From: Octopus vulgaris
Taxonomy: Eukaryota
Direction: 5' to 3'
Assembly: GCA_951406725.2 (NCBI GenBank)
Contig: OX597822.1
Span: 38,688,001 to 38,752,000, forward strand
Length of the DNA: 64,000 nucleotides
Position 1 is the stretch's first letter. Each line of letters opens with the position of its first letter. A model generated the notes under the pieces. The model worked only from the letters and a program-made list of their open reading frames with translations. It made no database searches and was not told where the DNA came from. Made by a program: the position numbers and the translations under genes. Of the stretch, positions 63,856-64,000 are shown piece by piece.

Positions 63856-64000
63856 ATATTTGCCAGAGCTTCAGACAAAAATGCCATAGTTTTGTTCTGG
63901 CCCTTTGTGTTCTGAGTTCAAATTCTGCTAACATCAGCTTTTCACCATTCCTTGGTTGATGAAATATAAAGTACCAGTCAAGTACTGGGGGGTTGATGCA

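Overview
Eukaryotic, AT-rich window packed with microsatellites and short interspersed repeats. The repeat families and (CA)n/(TA)n/(TAA)n/(GAT)n density look like an octopod cephalopod genome (inference from recalled repeat content, not searched). Almost all ORFs in the track are translations of simple repeats. The window reads as intronic sequence of a large minus-strand gene. One convincing coding exon (22074-22190, MDEDDY...GNWLGQFDSHKM) resembles the N-terminal talin-binding helix region of MRL adaptor proteins (Lamellipodin/RAPH1, RIAM/APBB1IP, Pico, MIG-10). Same-strand signals include a candidate recursive splice site (polypyrimidine-CAG|GTAAGT at 51426/51425) and a candidate internal promoter/alternative first exon (about 4597-4334). 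The rest is at least six short retroposon families (my labels A-F), decayed Tc1 (DD36E), maT (DD37D) and mariner elements, hAT, piggyBac, pogo, MULE and Helentron-type MITEs, LINE fragments, fold-back elements and several decayed minimal hammerhead-ribozyme-like motifs, one of them inside a tRNA-headed SINE. Repeat boundaries are read by eye and approximate unless a TSD or TIR is quoted.
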